IMG/VR virus record: IMGVR_UViG_3300000228_000008
From: an uncultured virus (IMG/VR IMGVR_UViG_3300000228_000008)
Taxonomy: Duplodnaviria > Heunggongvirae > Uroviricota > Caudoviricetes
Strand: one strand, 5' to 3'
Length of the DNA: 64,000 nt
Positions within the stretch are counted from its first letter, which is position 1. Each line of letters opens with the position of its first letter. The notes below the pieces were generated by a model, which was given only the letters and a program-made list of their open reading frames with translations, did not search any database and had not been told where the DNA came from. The translations under genes were made by a program, and so were the position numbers. Shown piece by piece: positions 35,114 to 45,701 of this stretch.

Positions 35114-35704
35114 ATGCCTATAGAAACAATTAAAATACGAGCCAGAATATATATCGGCAATATTGTTGTTGCAACACCTTATATTTTATCATTTAATGTT
35201 ACAAAAACCAGAAATAGTAAATCTACTTTTTCGGCATCTGTTAAAGTTCTGTCATCTGACTTATCATATATAAGTGATAATAAAGTTGTAATATATGCAG
35301 GTGAAAAATCAAGGGAAAGAAAAATTTTTACTGGATATGTTCTTTCTTCTAGACCTAGTATATGTTTTGATGATCCTAGCTATACTGTTTTAAATATTTC
35401 AGGTAGTGACATTTTGTATAGATTAGAAGGAGAAAAGTATACAAGAAGACAAACGGATTCCAGATCTAAATGGGCAATTATAGAAAGTGTTACAAGAGCA
35501 GCAGAAAAAGGTAGTCAGTTCGCACTTGTAAACGAAGTTGTACAGTTTACTGATCAAGACGTAATAAGTAATACAGAAAAGAAAAATAAAAATAACACAA
35601 CCTCTAGTTTAGACTCTTTGGGTATTACAAACGTAACTAGTATGGGTGTATCTTTAAATTTTAGATTTAGTGCTATTAATTTAGTAGAAGAGGACAAAAA
35701 ATGA
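35114..35704 (+). CDS. Putative baseplate hub-related protein
   Basis: SFNVTKTR...STFSASV...KVVIYAG...KIFTGYV...LNISGSD pattern resembles the N-terminal barrel of gpD/gp27-like hubs. Confidence 0.5.
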   Translation: MPIETIKIRARIYIGNIVVATPYILSFNVTKTRNSKSTFSASVKVLSSDLSYISDNKVVIYAGEKSRERKIFTGYVLSSRPSICFDDPSYTVLNISGSDILYRLEGEKYTRRQTDSRSKWAIIESVTRAAEKGSQFALVNEVVQFTDQDVISNTEKKNKNNTTSSLDSLGITNVTSMGVSLNFRFSAINLVEEDKK

Positions 35705-36096
35705 TTTATAATGCGTCTACAATATCTATACCTTCAGGTCATTATGTAGACATATCTGTTCCAGTAGCTGTTAAAGAAATGCAAGGTGCTTTTCCCAAAA
35801 AAGTAGGGGAGGCTGTAATTATTAATGGTGAAGAGAGGCTTCATATATCAGGCTTTGTTTCAGAGAATGAATCAGTAGGAACTGTAGCAGCTTTAAATGA
35901 TGGTATTTTGAAGGTAAGATATACTCATTTACAGAATAGAGAAAATAGAATTTATTTTTGTACAGCTAATAATGATTACTTCATCATATCTATAATCTCT
36001 ATTCCTATACATACGCATGGTTCAATAGAACAAGGTGGGCCTGCTTATGGTACGTATATGGCGGATGTACCACCTCCAGAACCAGCTACACCTTAA
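35701..36096 (+). CDS. Putative tail spike/tip protein with HxH motif
   Basis: ATGA overlap; C-terminal IHTHG motif. Confidence 0.4.
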   Translation: MIYNASTISIPSGHYVDISVPVAVKEMQGAFPKKVGEAVIINGEERLHISGFVSENESVGTVAALNDGILKVRYTHLQNRENRIYFCTANNDYFIISIISIPIHTHGSIEQGGPAYGTYMADVPPPEPATP

Positions 36097-36107
36097 GGTG
36101 CATAATA

Positions 36108-36713
36108 ATGAGTAATTGTTGTAATTTAGTAGGTAATTTTAATATATCGGCTCCTGGTATCATCTCTGTGACTTCACAAGGTTCTACACAGATGAATCTT
36201 ATTTCTGCTGGGGGTACAAATGCTTACACAGTTTCACCTAGTACAGGCACAGTTTCTATAACTGCCTATGCTTCAGAAGAACGTTATGTAGGTTGTCCTG
36301 GTCGTGCTGGTGTCACTGTACCTTGGATTATTAGAAGTAACTGCGCAGAGAATGTTTATTTGTTTGGAGGGGCAGGTAGATCTTATATTTCTGGTGAGGT
36401 GGGATCATTCGCAACTTTTCCATCAATTGCAGGCATTCCTAATCCTATAAGTGAATACGAGGTAGTTAGTGCATCAGCCGGATCTGGACCAGCCTCTTTA
36501 TATGAAGATTCCACTCAGAAGGATGGTTACGGTTTAATATATAATGGTAATCCTTGGCATATTAATACCTTAACTGAAGCAGGTTGTACAATTAATCTAA
36601 CCTCCAATGGTATAGGAGGTTATGGTGAATGCAAACTACAAAATATCAACATACAATGTGTTCCAGGACAAATTCCAGTTGTTAATATGAGCTTTATATA
36701 TTCTATAGGATAG
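36108..36713 (+). CDS. Hypothetical structural protein (Gly/Ser/Cys-rich)
   Basis: 201-aa ORF with RBS TAAGGTG. Confidence 0.7.
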   Translation: MSNCCNLVGNFNISAPGIISVTSQGSTQMNLISAGGTNAYTVSPSTGTVSITAYASEERYVGCPGRAGVTVPWIIRSNCAENVYLFGGAGRSYISGEVGSFATFPSIAGIPNPISEYEVVSASAGSGPASLYEDSTQKDGYGLIYNGNPWHINTLTEAGCTINLTSNGIGGYGECKLQNINIQCVPGQIPVVNMSFIYSIG

Positions 36714-36719
36714 CACACT

Positions 36720-36992
36720 ATGACGGATGTGGTTGTAACAGGGAAAGTTTATAAATTACGAGCAGGTGCTCCTATGCCTATAGGAGGGTCTTCGTTTGTA
36801 TTACAAACATTTATGGGAGAAGAATCCACTGTAATAAATTATTTATATACAAACAGTCTTCCTGGAAGTAGAGATTTTAGAGGGCAAGGAGGAAATTATA
36901 TTTCGGCTTCTTTTTCCAGGTCTTTAGATGTTAGTGGGGATGTTTTCGCGGGTAGTATGACAAAAACTCCAGTGTACGTTGAGGAAAGATAA
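36720..36992 (+). CDS. Hypothetical protein, 90 aa
   Basis: Tightly packed in the operon. Confidence 0.7.
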   Translation: MTDVVVTGKVYKLRAGAPMPIGGSSFVLQTFMGEESTVINYLYTNSLPGSRDFRGQGGNYISASFSRSLDVSGDVFAGSMTKTPVYVEER

Positions 36993-37240
36993 TGAGTACA
37001 ACAACATTATCTTGTGGTTTTATAGAATGTACCTCTATTTCTTTTAGTTATGATATAATGGGTAGGGTTACTGTTTCTTATACAACTGTGCATCAGTCCA
37101 CAGATTTTTGTTATACTGAAGTTATACATGCCGGTGGTAGAACTTTTTCTGGTGAAGTGACTTCTATGTCACTTAATCAAATAGTCGGTACAGTTGGTTG
37201 GTATGAAACACACGTAACTCTTATCACTACAACAAACTAA
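36992..37240 (+). CDS. Hypothetical beta-rich protein, 82 aa
   Basis: TAATG overlap, RBS GAGG. Confidence 0.7.
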   Translation: MSTTTLSCGFIECTSISFSYDIMGRVTVSYTTVHQSTDFCYTEVIHAGGRTFSGEVTSMSLNQIVGTVGWYETHVTLITTTN

Positions 37241-37252
37241 GGAATTTTAATT

Positions 37253-37459
37253 ATGTCTTGTGGAAGTTGTTCAAAAAGAAGTAAGTACACTAATAAAGTT
37301 ACGGATGTTAGTAAAGAACTATTTGGTGAATATAAATATTTATCTAATGCTCAAATTGAAGCTAGATTAGCTTCTTATAAAAGACATAATTGCTCATCAT
37401 GTGAAAAAAGATATGAGTGCAACTATGTTTCATTTCTAATATGCAAAAAAGGTGAATAG
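37253..37459 (+). CDS. Small Cys-rich protein, 68 aa
   Basis: MSCGSC...CSSC.....C.......C; RBS AAGGA. Confidence 0.7.
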   Translation: MSCGSCSKRSKYTNKVTDVSKELFGEYKYLSNAQIEARLASYKRHNCSSCEKRYECNYVSFLICKKGE

Positions 37460-37461
37460 TA

Positions 37462-38118
37462 ATGGGTGTAATAATAGGAGCAGTTACGACAGTTTCATTT
37501 GGAGGACACGCAACACAAGTTTCTTGGAGTATTAGTTCAAATATACAAAGAGCTTATGTGTTAGGTAGTTGGGATCCGTATGGTGCTGGGGAAATTAAAA
37601 GTCCAACCGAAACATTAAATATAACTACATATTCCCCAGGACCTTCATACAGTACTACACCAACAACTTCTTGTGTTAATGCTAATCAGCTTTCAGCATC
37701 AGTATCTCCAACTGGTTGTGGCGCTGGTTCTGCTGGGCCTACATCAAATACTTGGTATGTGACTAGTTATAATTATTCAAAAGGTGATGCTAGATCTCCA
37801 GGCACAGAGTCTTGGTCTTTGATGAATTATGTTACACTTGGAGACGCTGGAGTAGTTTTACCAACTTACGTATTGCGCGGCATATCTGAAGGTTCTATAA
37901 CTAGTTCTGATGGGGTTAGTACAGCTGAAGGTGTAGTTGGTGTTCATTTTACTGGTAATGTTGATGAAGGTACAACTGGAAGTGTTTCTGCAGGCCAGGT
38001 AGGTCGTTCTGATTATCAATACACAGGTGTAGTTTCCTCTGTAGGTGCTTCTACAGGAGGCTCTGGTGATATTGGGACAGGTCAATGTTCTATGCCTTAC
38101 AATCCTTTATATTTATAA
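37462..38118 (+). CDS. Hypothetical structural protein, possibly tube-like fold
   Basis: 218 aa, Gly/Ser/Thr-rich; QVSWSISSNIQRAYVLG resembles tail-tube N-terminal strands. Confidence 0.55.
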   Translation: MGVIIGAVTTVSFGGHATQVSWSISSNIQRAYVLGSWDPYGAGEIKSPTETLNITTYSPGPSYSTTPTTSCVNANQLSASVSPTGCGAGSAGPTSNTWYVTSYNYSKGDARSPGTESWSLMNYVTLGDAGVVLPTYVLRGISEGSITSSDGVSTAEGVVGVHFTGNVDEGTTGSVSAGQVGRSDYQYTGVVSSVGASTGGSGDIGTGQCSMPYNPLYL

Positions 38119-38129
38119 TTGAGGTTTTT

Positions 38130-38558
38130 ATGAGAGATTTATTTCAACTTGGGGAAAAATACAGACTGGACTTTTCGTGGGATGATGTAATTTATGTGGA
38201 TAACACATGCAAATTTGTAAATGCCTGTTTTTCTGGACCAGTATTACAATTTGCAGAAAAAATAGAAAGTAATAATTTTATGTTATTAGACTTTTTTAAA
38301 CAGTATTTCATTTTGGTGGATAATGTTTATATTGGTAAATTGTCTTGGGGAGAAGTTATATATAATGAACATAGAGTAAATTTGGTTAATTGTATACTAA
38401 CACATGAATCAGAACTACATAAAGTGCCTAAATTAGAAAAAACCGATATATTGATTATAGATTGTAAACAACATGAGAGAGAAACCCATGCTTTCCACAC
38501 AACTTATAAAACATACGTCTCTAATAAGGACTTACAGGTTTATAACTTTATTAACTAG
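38130..38558 (+). CDS. Hypothetical protein; likely start ATG 38130
   Basis: GAGG RBS before ATG 38130; the track start at 38085 overlaps the upstream gene. Confidence 0.7.
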   Translation: MRDLFQLGEKYRLDFSWDDVIYVDNTCKFVNACFSGPVLQFAEKIESNNFMLLDFFKQYFILVDNVYIGKLSWGEVIYNEHRVNLVNCILTHESELHKVPKLEKTDILIIDCKQHERETHAFHTTYKTYVSNKDLQVYNFIN

Positions 38559-38566
38559 GTCATAAT

Positions 38567-38854
38567 ATGGTAGACTACACTTGCGGAAATTTTCCAGAAT
38601 ATAAAGTTAACGATCATGTTGGAAAATGTTACTCTCCATGCCCATATGACATATCCGCTACAGATATACGTACAAGACATCTATTAAACATTACTATGTC
38701 TGGAACTCTACCTTTGAAAGTTGCACATATTGGTGATGATAATAAACATTATTACATGAAGATGATCAGTGCTGGTGGTTTTTGGGGATGGGAGTGTACA
38801 TATAGTGGCTGCCCTTATTTATTAGATACTGGAGAACATTATTTTACTAGGTGA
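38567..38854 (+). CDS. Hypothetical Cys-containing protein, 95 aa
   Basis: ORF packed in the operon. Confidence 0.7.
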   Translation: MVDYTCGNFPEYKVNDHVGKCYSPCPYDISATDIRTRHLLNITMSGTLPLKVAHIGDDNKHYYMKMISAGGFWGWECTYSGCPYLLDTGEHYFTR

Positions 38855-38860
38855 TAATAT

Positions 38861-39787
38861 ATGAGTTTAAAACTAACTTACGAATTTGTCAAAGAAGCCT
38901 TTAAAAAAGTAGGTTACGAATTAATTTCTACGGAATATGTTAATGCTCATACAAAACTAGATTATGTCTGCAATAGAGGCCATCAGCATAGTATGATATG
39001 GAATAATTTTCAACAAATTAAAAGATGTCCAACCTGCGACGGGCAGACAAAACCTACTTATGAGTTTGTTAAAGAAGCTTTTGCAGAAGAAGATTATACA
39101 CTTCTATCCAAAGGTTATAAAAACAATAAGACAAAATTAGATTACGTTTGTGGTAGAGGTCATACTCATTCTGTAACATGGCATAAATTTCAACAAGGAC
39201 AACGTTGTCCAGACTGTATTACAGAGGATAATTCTGGTGCTGGTAGTAAACTTTGGAAAGGTGGTGTTTCAAAATTAAATTTGCCTTTATTTAAAACTTA
39301 TGCTCCACAAATTGAAAATTATCACGAAGTTTACAAAGTAGCTCAAAACGGTTTAGAATTGCTGGGTGTGGAGTGTGTTTACTGTAATCAAATTTTTGTA
39401 CCAAATACAACTGCTGTTTTTCATAGAGTTGCTGTTATAAACGGTAGACTGTCAGGAGAACAGAATTTATATTGCTCTGAAAATTGTAAAAAAGCATGTC
39501 CTACTTTTGGGCAAATTAAGTACCCAAAAGGCTTTAAAGTTTCTACTTCCAGAGAGGTACAACCACAACTAAGAAAACTAGTTTTAGCGCGTGACAATTA
39601 TCAGTGCCAAATTTGTGACGCTGGGATAGAAGAAGCTGAACTACATTGTCACCATATTGAAGCAGTAAGTCAAAATCCAATTGAATCTGCAGATATAGAT
39701 AACTGTATAACACTTTGTAAAGACTGTCATAAACATGTTCATACACTGCCTGGTTGTAATTATAATGAACTTAAATGCATAAATTAA
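38861..39787 (+). CDS. Free-standing HNH homing endonuclease, close paralogue of 6838..7944
   Basis: Two N-terminal Zn-finger repeats plus HNH domain; long near-identical DNA with 7214-7331 and about 7420-7935. Confidence 0.88.
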   Translation: MSLKLTYEFVKEAFKKVGYELISTEYVNAHTKLDYVCNRGHQHSMIWNNFQQIKRCPTCDGQTKPTYEFVKEAFAEEDYTLLSKGYKNNKTKLDYVCGRGHTHSVTWHKFQQGQRCPDCITEDNSGAGSKLWKGGVSKLNLPLFKTYAPQIENYHEVYKVAQNGLELLGVECVYCNQIFVPNTTAVFHRVAVINGRLSGEQNLYCSENCKKACPTFGQIKYPKGFKVSTSREVQPQLRKLVLARDNYQCQICDAGIEEAELHCHHIEAVSQNPIESADIDNCITLCKDCHKHVHTLPGCNYNELKCIN

Positions 39788-39808
39788 CTTTTATATAGGA
39801 GTATCATA

Positions 39809-40780
39809 ATGTCGATATCACTAGATGTACAAGACTTAGAAAATTATCCTGGAGTAACAAAGAAAGTTACTTTAGACACAACGATTCTAGTACCAGCAGG
39901 AGCCGAAGGCGATGAGAAGTATTTAATTTCAGCTTCTACCTCAGCTTATTCAGACGGTGTAGCTAGAACAGCAATACAGAGTTTATATATTGCCGGAGGA
40001 AAAATAGGTTGGACTAAAAGTTCTGGTTTTAAAGGTGTAAATAGTAAATTCGCGTTAGATGCAACACATTGCGTATTAGGTGTAAAAATAGACGCTACTG
40101 TTAGTGGTACTTCTAATGGTTTTTATAACATAACTCTTGATCATAATAGTGGTGTTTTAAAGCGCGGAGAAGAAATAGCCATAGATATGCAAGAAAAACT
40201 GCATAATCTTACGACAGTGTCTGGAGTAGACGATGGTTTTAAGCTGGCTTATAAAAATTGTTCTGTTAAGTTTGTTGATAATAAGTTTTATATTTCTTCT
40301 GGTACAATTTCTAATTATTTTACTGGTCCAGCTAGATCTTCAGTTCTTGTTGGTAATAATCCAACCAATGATTGTGCTTCTATGCTGGGTTTTGATCAGC
40401 AAGTTACCAGCGAGGACCTTTCTAATATTACTATTCTAGAAGCTCCAATTTTAGTTGATTATACAACAAATACAGCTACGTTAATAATAAACATGACCAC
40501 TGGTGTGACTGTTGGTGATGCTCTGTGTATCACTGATGGTGTCAATATAGATTATTTTACTGCACTTGCTGTTGCTACTACTAATATTACTGTAGCTACT
40601 TTAGCTACCAATAGCTTTACAGGTATTGCACATTCTTATACAGTAGCCAGTGGTGCGTATGTTCAAATAGTACAAAAAGCAGATCCCAATAACTTGCCTA
40701 ATAACTACTATAGTGATGTTGATGAGTTGTTAAGATATATGGCTAAAATTATGATTAATCAAATTGATTTCTCAGGATAA
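39809..40780 (+). CDS. Structural protein (tail/baseplate accessory)
   Basis: 323 aa, RBS AGGAG; shares the I.SGT....SS.....LGF module with the 48982 and 56647 ORFs. Confidence 0.6.
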   Translation: MSISLDVQDLENYPGVTKKVTLDTTILVPAGAEGDEKYLISASTSAYSDGVARTAIQSLYIAGGKIGWTKSSGFKGVNSKFALDATHCVLGVKIDATVSGTSNGFYNITLDHNSGVLKRGEEIAIDMQEKLHNLTTVSGVDDGFKLAYKNCSVKFVDNKFYISSGTISNYFTGPARSSVLVGNNPTNDCASMLGFDQQVTSEDLSNITILEAPILVDYTTNTATLIINMTTGVTVGDALCITDGVNIDYFTALAVATTNITVATLATNSFTGIAHSYTVASGAYVQIVQKADPNNLPNNYYSDVDELLRYMAKIMINQIDFSG

Positions 40781-41277
40781 TGTCTGAAATAATTGTAAAG
40801 CATACTTTAAATCCTAGGAAGGCTGTCAAATTCAATTTGAATTTACGAAAGTATGCTTTAAAAGAAGATGAGGGTGAATCTGTTTGGCTACTTGAAATAG
40901 GTACTACTTCTTTAGACGCAAGTGGTAATAAGATAACACCAAAATTTATTCACAAAGTTAATGACCTTTATCTGGAATCAGCTATTAATAAAGCTGTAGC
41001 AGATATGTGCCAGTTAATTGATTGGTCTGATTTTGATATAGATAGGTATGCTCCAATAATCACTAAATTTATACCAGAAGGGAACAATGTACCCATAACT
41101 TCGAAAGTGTCTTTTACAATTGTAGAAAAACACCCAGCGTCTGGTATTGATTTGTCAGAGATGGTAGTTACGTTAAATAACAGTGAAGTAGATTTTGATA
41201 TAACTTCTGAAGTAACTATTAAAGGGGATCCATATGAATATAATTTTTATTGGGAACCTCAAATTTTATATAGGTAA
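40780..41277 (+). CDS. Structural protein with a C-terminal Ig-like domain
   Basis: YAPIITKFIPEGNNVPITSKVSFTI...GIDLS resembles YKAPYITNELP...VPITSDISFDI...GVDIS in the 45702 ORF. Confidence 0.55.
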   Translation: MSEIIVKHTLNPRKAVKFNLNLRKYALKEDEGESVWLLEIGTTSLDASGNKITPKFIHKVNDLYLESAINKAVADMCQLIDWSDFDIDRYAPIITKFIPEGNNVPITSKVSFTIVEKHPASGIDLSEMVVTLNNSEVDFDITSEVTIKGDPYEYNFYWEPQILYR

Positions 41278-41282
41278 CAAAT

Positions 41283-43136
41283 ATGGCTACTAATATTAGT
41301 TTAACTAAATCTAATTTTACAGTAAATAATGGTTATTTTTATACATTTAATGAGGACCAAGATGCTTTACTTCAAAAGACAGATGATGGTAATACTGCTT
41401 TTTCTTATCCTTGTGACGTATTATTAAGTAACACTGTAAAATCTATTGAATATGATGGAGTATTTTTTTGGTCTTTAGAATCAGTGACAACAACTTTATA
41501 TATAAAGCGTTGGAAGATAACTAACTATTTAGCTAAACTTGAACAAACAATTACTATAGGCTCTTCTGGTAGTGACACGTATGACTGCAATTGTTTTACT
41601 ATAGAGCATTACCATACACAACTGACTAGTTCTGCAAATTTTGCAGATACTACTATTTATTTAGATAAGTACACCAATATACCAGAAATTATTACAGGTG
41701 TAGTTTTACATATAGGCCCAAATGAAAATGGTGAAGAAGAAGATATAAGTGTTACAGGTGTGGTTTTTGGAGGAGTTACACTTGCTTCACCACTAGCTTA
41801 TGGCTATAATGCTGCAACATTAATTAATTTTCATAAGAATATATGGTTGTTTAATAATAATAACGGTGTTGATACTACTACCGGTGCTTTATATAAATTT
41901 AATTCTAGTTCAGGAGCGTACATTACAAAGTATCCAGGAGGATCTTACAAAGATATTAATGCATGTACTTTTTATGCTATAAATTCTTTTCAAGATGTTG
42001 GTACTAAAGATATGCTATTATATGTAAAAGGTACAAACACTTTGTTTGTGAATACTTCTGTTTATAAAAGAAATCTATATGATGCTGATACGGTTAATGA
42101 TACTTTTGAAACTTTAAATAGTACAAGATGGACAACTATCAGTGGTACCCCGACTATACAAAGTTCTGCTCTTTATTTAAATCCTGCAATTTCAGAAAAT
42201 GAAACTATACAGTCAAATTATTTTTTGCCTGGTGATTTTGATGTAACTTTGGATGGTCAACTATTTTCATATAATACAACTTATAGTGGTAGTGGTTATA
42301 TGGAGAACTATATAAAATTAAACTTCCCAAACGAGTCCAATCGTTTTTGTAAAATTTCAAGAGGCTATAGTACGGAATTTGGGTCTGGACTTCATCAAAA
42401 TTTTTCAGTGACTTATAGAAAAAGTACAGATAATATATTTACAACCGTGTCAGGTATTGAAGAAGATCCTCTAACTAACATTGATATATACGGACTACGT
42501 ATTAAAAGAGTGTCTTCTGATGTGCATTTCTATTATAGAACTACAACTGATGCAGTTTTTACTGCTTGGAGGTACCTAGGAGTTATTGAAATGTTCTCTT
42601 CCGATGCTAATTTAATTATTTCTTCAATCAATAATACTGATACAGCCATTATAAATACTTTTGATAATTTAACTTTTGTTGAAGGGACTATAGTGTATCT
42701 GACTTCTTCTACCTCATTACCTTATTATGGTTCTATGGTTATGGATAATATTACTAATAATGTTGTAGACACTATTCATGATCTATCTGTAGATAGAAAT
42801 AATTTATACAGATTACAAGCAAATATAACAGGTACTATTTTTGATTATTTTCTATCACCTCTTGAGTCTTTTGTAACTTCTATATCTTTATCCGCTTCTC
42901 CTGCAATTATAGCTGCTAATGGGTTAAGTACTACTGATATAAATGCCTGGGTTAAGGATCAGTTTTTACAACCAGTTCCTTTTAGAAGAGTTACTTTTTC
43001 AGAAGATGGTGACGGTTTTATAACTGGTGGTACAGAAATAAATACAGACATATCAGGTTTTGCTCAAACAGTTTATAAAGCTGGTACGCTACCACAAGAT
43101 GTACTGGTAGCAGCAACAGTACAACAGACCAACTAG
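41283..43136 (+). CDS. Tail fibre/baseplate-associated protein, paralogue 1, with C-terminal Big-1/invasin-like Ig domain
   Basis: 617 aa; SLSASPAIIAANG.STT.I.A.VKDQF.QPV....VTF motif. Confidence 0.6.
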   Translation: MATNISLTKSNFTVNNGYFYTFNEDQDALLQKTDDGNTAFSYPCDVLLSNTVKSIEYDGVFFWSLESVTTTLYIKRWKITNYLAKLEQTITIGSSGSDTYDCNCFTIEHYHTQLTSSANFADTTIYLDKYTNIPEIITGVVLHIGPNENGEEEDISVTGVVFGGVTLASPLAYGYNAATLINFHKNIWLFNNNNGVDTTTGALYKFNSSSGAYITKYPGGSYKDINACTFYAINSFQDVGTKDMLLYVKGTNTLFVNTSVYKRNLYDADTVNDTFETLNSTRWTTISGTPTIQSSALYLNPAISENETIQSNYFLPGDFDVTLDGQLFSYNTTYSGSGYMENYIKLNFPNESNRFCKISRGYSTEFGSGLHQNFSVTYRKSTDNIFTTVSGIEEDPLTNIDIYGLRIKRVSSDVHFYYRTTTDAVFTAWRYLGVIEMFSSDANLIISSINNTDTAIINTFDNLTFVEGTIVYLTSSTSLPYYGSMVMDNITNNVVDTIHDLSVDRNNLYRLQANITGTIFDYFLSPLESFVTSISLSASPAIIAANGLSTTDINAWVKDQFLQPVPFRRVTFSEDGDGFITGGTEINTDISGFAQTVYKAGTLPQDVLVAATVQQTN

Positions 43137-43146
43137 GAATTGTTGC

Positions 43147-45699
43147 ATGGCCTATGAAAATATATTATTTAGTCAGAAACATCTATCGGTATATGAAGGA
43201 TATTTTTATGAACTAGACTATACACAAAGACTACTATCTCAGAAGACTGCTGTAGGATCTATTTGTTTCCAATATCCTGTTAATATATCCAATACTTTTA
43301 CAAATTATACTGTAGGAAACATTATATGTATGCAGTATGATGGGTATAGTTTTTGGACTCTACAAATATTTAGTGATAATTCAGGAGTCATTATTAGACG
43401 TTGGGTAATAACGAATTTTATTTGTGAATTAGTTGCACAATTTCCAAAAATTAATTCTTCCTCATTAAAGTATTTATCAAGTACTTTTTCTTTAGAATAT
43501 TACAACACCATTTTAGTTAATAATTTTATTTCAGGAAGTCCATATATAATAATAAATGAATATACTGATTCAGTGATATTTAGTGGTACTACTATATGTT
43601 TATATAATGAGAGATATGACACAAAAGAGATAGTTATAGTATCATATATTGACGGTACTTTTATATACTTAGAAACACCATTATATAAAACTTTTTATAG
43701 TGGGGATTTGGTAGTTGTAACACCATCTATATATCTGTTTAATAATTATTATTTAACAGATAATACAAAAGGGTCATTAGTAATGATGGACACCGTTTCT
43801 GGTACAAATTTATACATTAAAGAAGATGTTGAATATTTTGGTATCACGGCTTCTAAATTCTGCAGGCTTAAAAATATTTTGAATGGTTACGAAGATGTTC
43901 ATACGTTAGCTTATGTAAAAGGCATTAATCTAAAACTACGTAATATGAGTGATATGTACAGATATACAGCTGCTTTAAGAGGTAATGATGATTTCACAGA
44001 TATAGACTATGCTATGCCAGATACTGATAAATGGGTTACAAGTGGAGACCCTTTTATTTATAACAATCAACTATTTTGTACTGTGGCTGGGATAGGGCAC
44101 GATAAACTTTCTTCTATTTATAATCTTACTGGAGATTTTTCAGCCCAAATATCTGGAACTTGTGCAGGTGTAACTACGTATTCTGGTACTGAAATAGGAT
44201 ATAGGGCACAACATTATATAGGAATACAGTGCGCAGATAGTAAATATACGTTTGGATTTGATTATTCAAATATTTTATTTGATTACAAAGACATTCACAT
44301 GCATTTAAAAATGGATGGTAATGCACTAGATTCTGTAGGTACATATGATGGTACATTATACAATAGCCCTACTTTAGTTACTGGGTATGATGGTACAGTT
44401 AATGGTGCTTATTCTCTTAGTACCTCGGCTTATATAAAGATAAATAGTGCTACAGCACTAGAATTAGGAAAAGATAACGCAGATTTTAGTTTAGTTTTTT
44501 GGATAAAATTAAATTCTACTTATACTACTTCTTATAGGTCAATTACACATAAGGGTAATACAGATGCAGAAAGAACATTTGCTATATGGCATACGCCAAA
44601 TACTAATAAGCTTAGGGTAAGAATTACAACAACTTCAAATTCTAATTTTGGGTCAGATACAATAAATGATGTACCTCTTTATACCTGGTTTTTATTTTCT
44701 TATGTGAAGCAAGGAAATACTTTATCAGTATATATAAATGATGTTTTAGATAATACAGCAACTTTTACTGGTAGTACAATAAGTAATACAGGCCCAATTT
44801 ATATAGGTGACGATCCTTGGGGTTCTGGAGCAGTATTTTCTATTGATAATTATACTATTTTTAATAGAGCTGTTACTTCAGAAGAAATTAGTTTCATGTA
44901 CCATAAAGATTTTAAATTTATGAAAAATAGCGCAACCACTTTACCTCAATTTAGTACTTATGTAGACGATTATAAATACTATATTACGCCTACAGTTTCT
45001 GGTACAGACTTTCCCTTTAATTACTTAATGAAAGCAGAAAGAGACATAAATAGTTTAAATTTTTACTGTAATACCTTACTTTCAGGAGTAGAACAAGGAT
45101 GGGTAAAAGCTGCAACATTTACTTTACCTAGTGTTGATTGTAAGCTTATGTTAGGTTTAAATGCTTATATGGTTACAACATCTGGAAATTACTTTGATGA
45201 TTTAACATTTAATTATGGCTACTTAGTGTATCCAGTATTAGATACACCTTACTATGGTATTATGAATATGGAGAATATAAAAAAGGACCAATCTACTGTA
45301 ATAACTATACATGATATAGATATTGAAGGAGACAACTTATACAGACTTCAGAATGAGGCAACATATTACGGAAATGATTATATCTGGTCTACTTACAATT
45401 ATCAAGTATCACCAATAAGACCTTTCGTAGATTTTATAACAGTAGATTCTATTTCTCATATTTTGCCAGCTACAGGAAGAAACACTACAACAATTAAATC
45501 TATAACTCTAGATCAGTATGGTCAAGGTGTCGTCAATATGCCTGTTACTTTTTCTGATGATGATTCTATAGGTTTTATAACTACTAAAAAAGTTAATACA
45601 GATATGTTTTATAATACAGGAAGAGCAGATACTGGGTATACTTCAGGCACAGCTTTAAGAATCGTTACTGTTGGTGCTACAGTAGTACAGGAAGATTAA
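43147..45699 (+). CDS. Tail fibre/baseplate-associated protein, paralogue 2, with an inserted LamG/concanavalin-like domain
   Basis: 850 aa; collinear with the 41283 ORF; HLKMDGNALDS...FSLVFWIK...W......K.G....VYIND...IYIG...IDNYTIFNRAVTSEEI at about 44296-44904. Confidence 0.65.
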   Translation: MAYENILFSQKHLSVYEGYFYELDYTQRLLSQKTAVGSICFQYPVNISNTFTNYTVGNIICMQYDGYSFWTLQIFSDNSGVIIRRWVITNFICELVAQFPKINSSSLKYLSSTFSLEYYNTILVNNFISGSPYIIINEYTDSVIFSGTTICLYNERYDTKEIVIVSYIDGTFIYLETPLYKTFYSGDLVVVTPSIYLFNNYYLTDNTKGSLVMMDTVSGTNLYIKEDVEYFGITASKFCRLKNILNGYEDVHTLAYVKGINLKLRNMSDMYRYTAALRGNDDFTDIDYAMPDTDKWVTSGDPFIYNNQLFCTVAGIGHDKLSSIYNLTGDFSAQISGTCAGVTTYSGTEIGYRAQHYIGIQCADSKYTFGFDYSNILFDYKDIHMHLKMDGNALDSVGTYDGTLYNSPTLVTGYDGTVNGAYSLSTSAYIKINSATALELGKDNADFSLVFWIKLNSTYTTSYRSITHKGNTDAERTFAIWHTPNTNKLRVRITTTSNSNFGSDTINDVPLYTWFLFSYVKQGNTLSVYINDVLDNTATFTGSTISNTGPIYIGDDPWGSGAVFSIDNYTIFNRAVTSEEISFMYHKDFKFMKNSATTLPQFSTYVDDYKYYITPTVSGTDFPFNYLMKAERDINSLNFYCNTLLSGVEQGWVKAATFTLPSVDCKLMLGLNAYMVTTSGNYFDDLTFNYGYLVYPVLDTPYYGIMNMENIKKDQSTVITIHDIDIEGDNLYRLQNEATYYGNDYIWSTYNYQVSPIRPFVDFITVDSISHILPATGRNTTTIKSITLDQYGQGVVNMPVTFSDDDSIGFITTKKVNTDMFYNTGRADTGYTSGTALRIVTVGATVVQED

Positions 45700-45701
45700 T
45701 T

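Noticed and set aside
7214..39775. Diversity-generating retroelement TR/VR pair suggested by near-identical repeats
   Set aside because: Mismatches include C/T changes and are mostly synonymous rather than adenine-specific; both copies lie in intact HNH genes; no reverse transcriptase in the window
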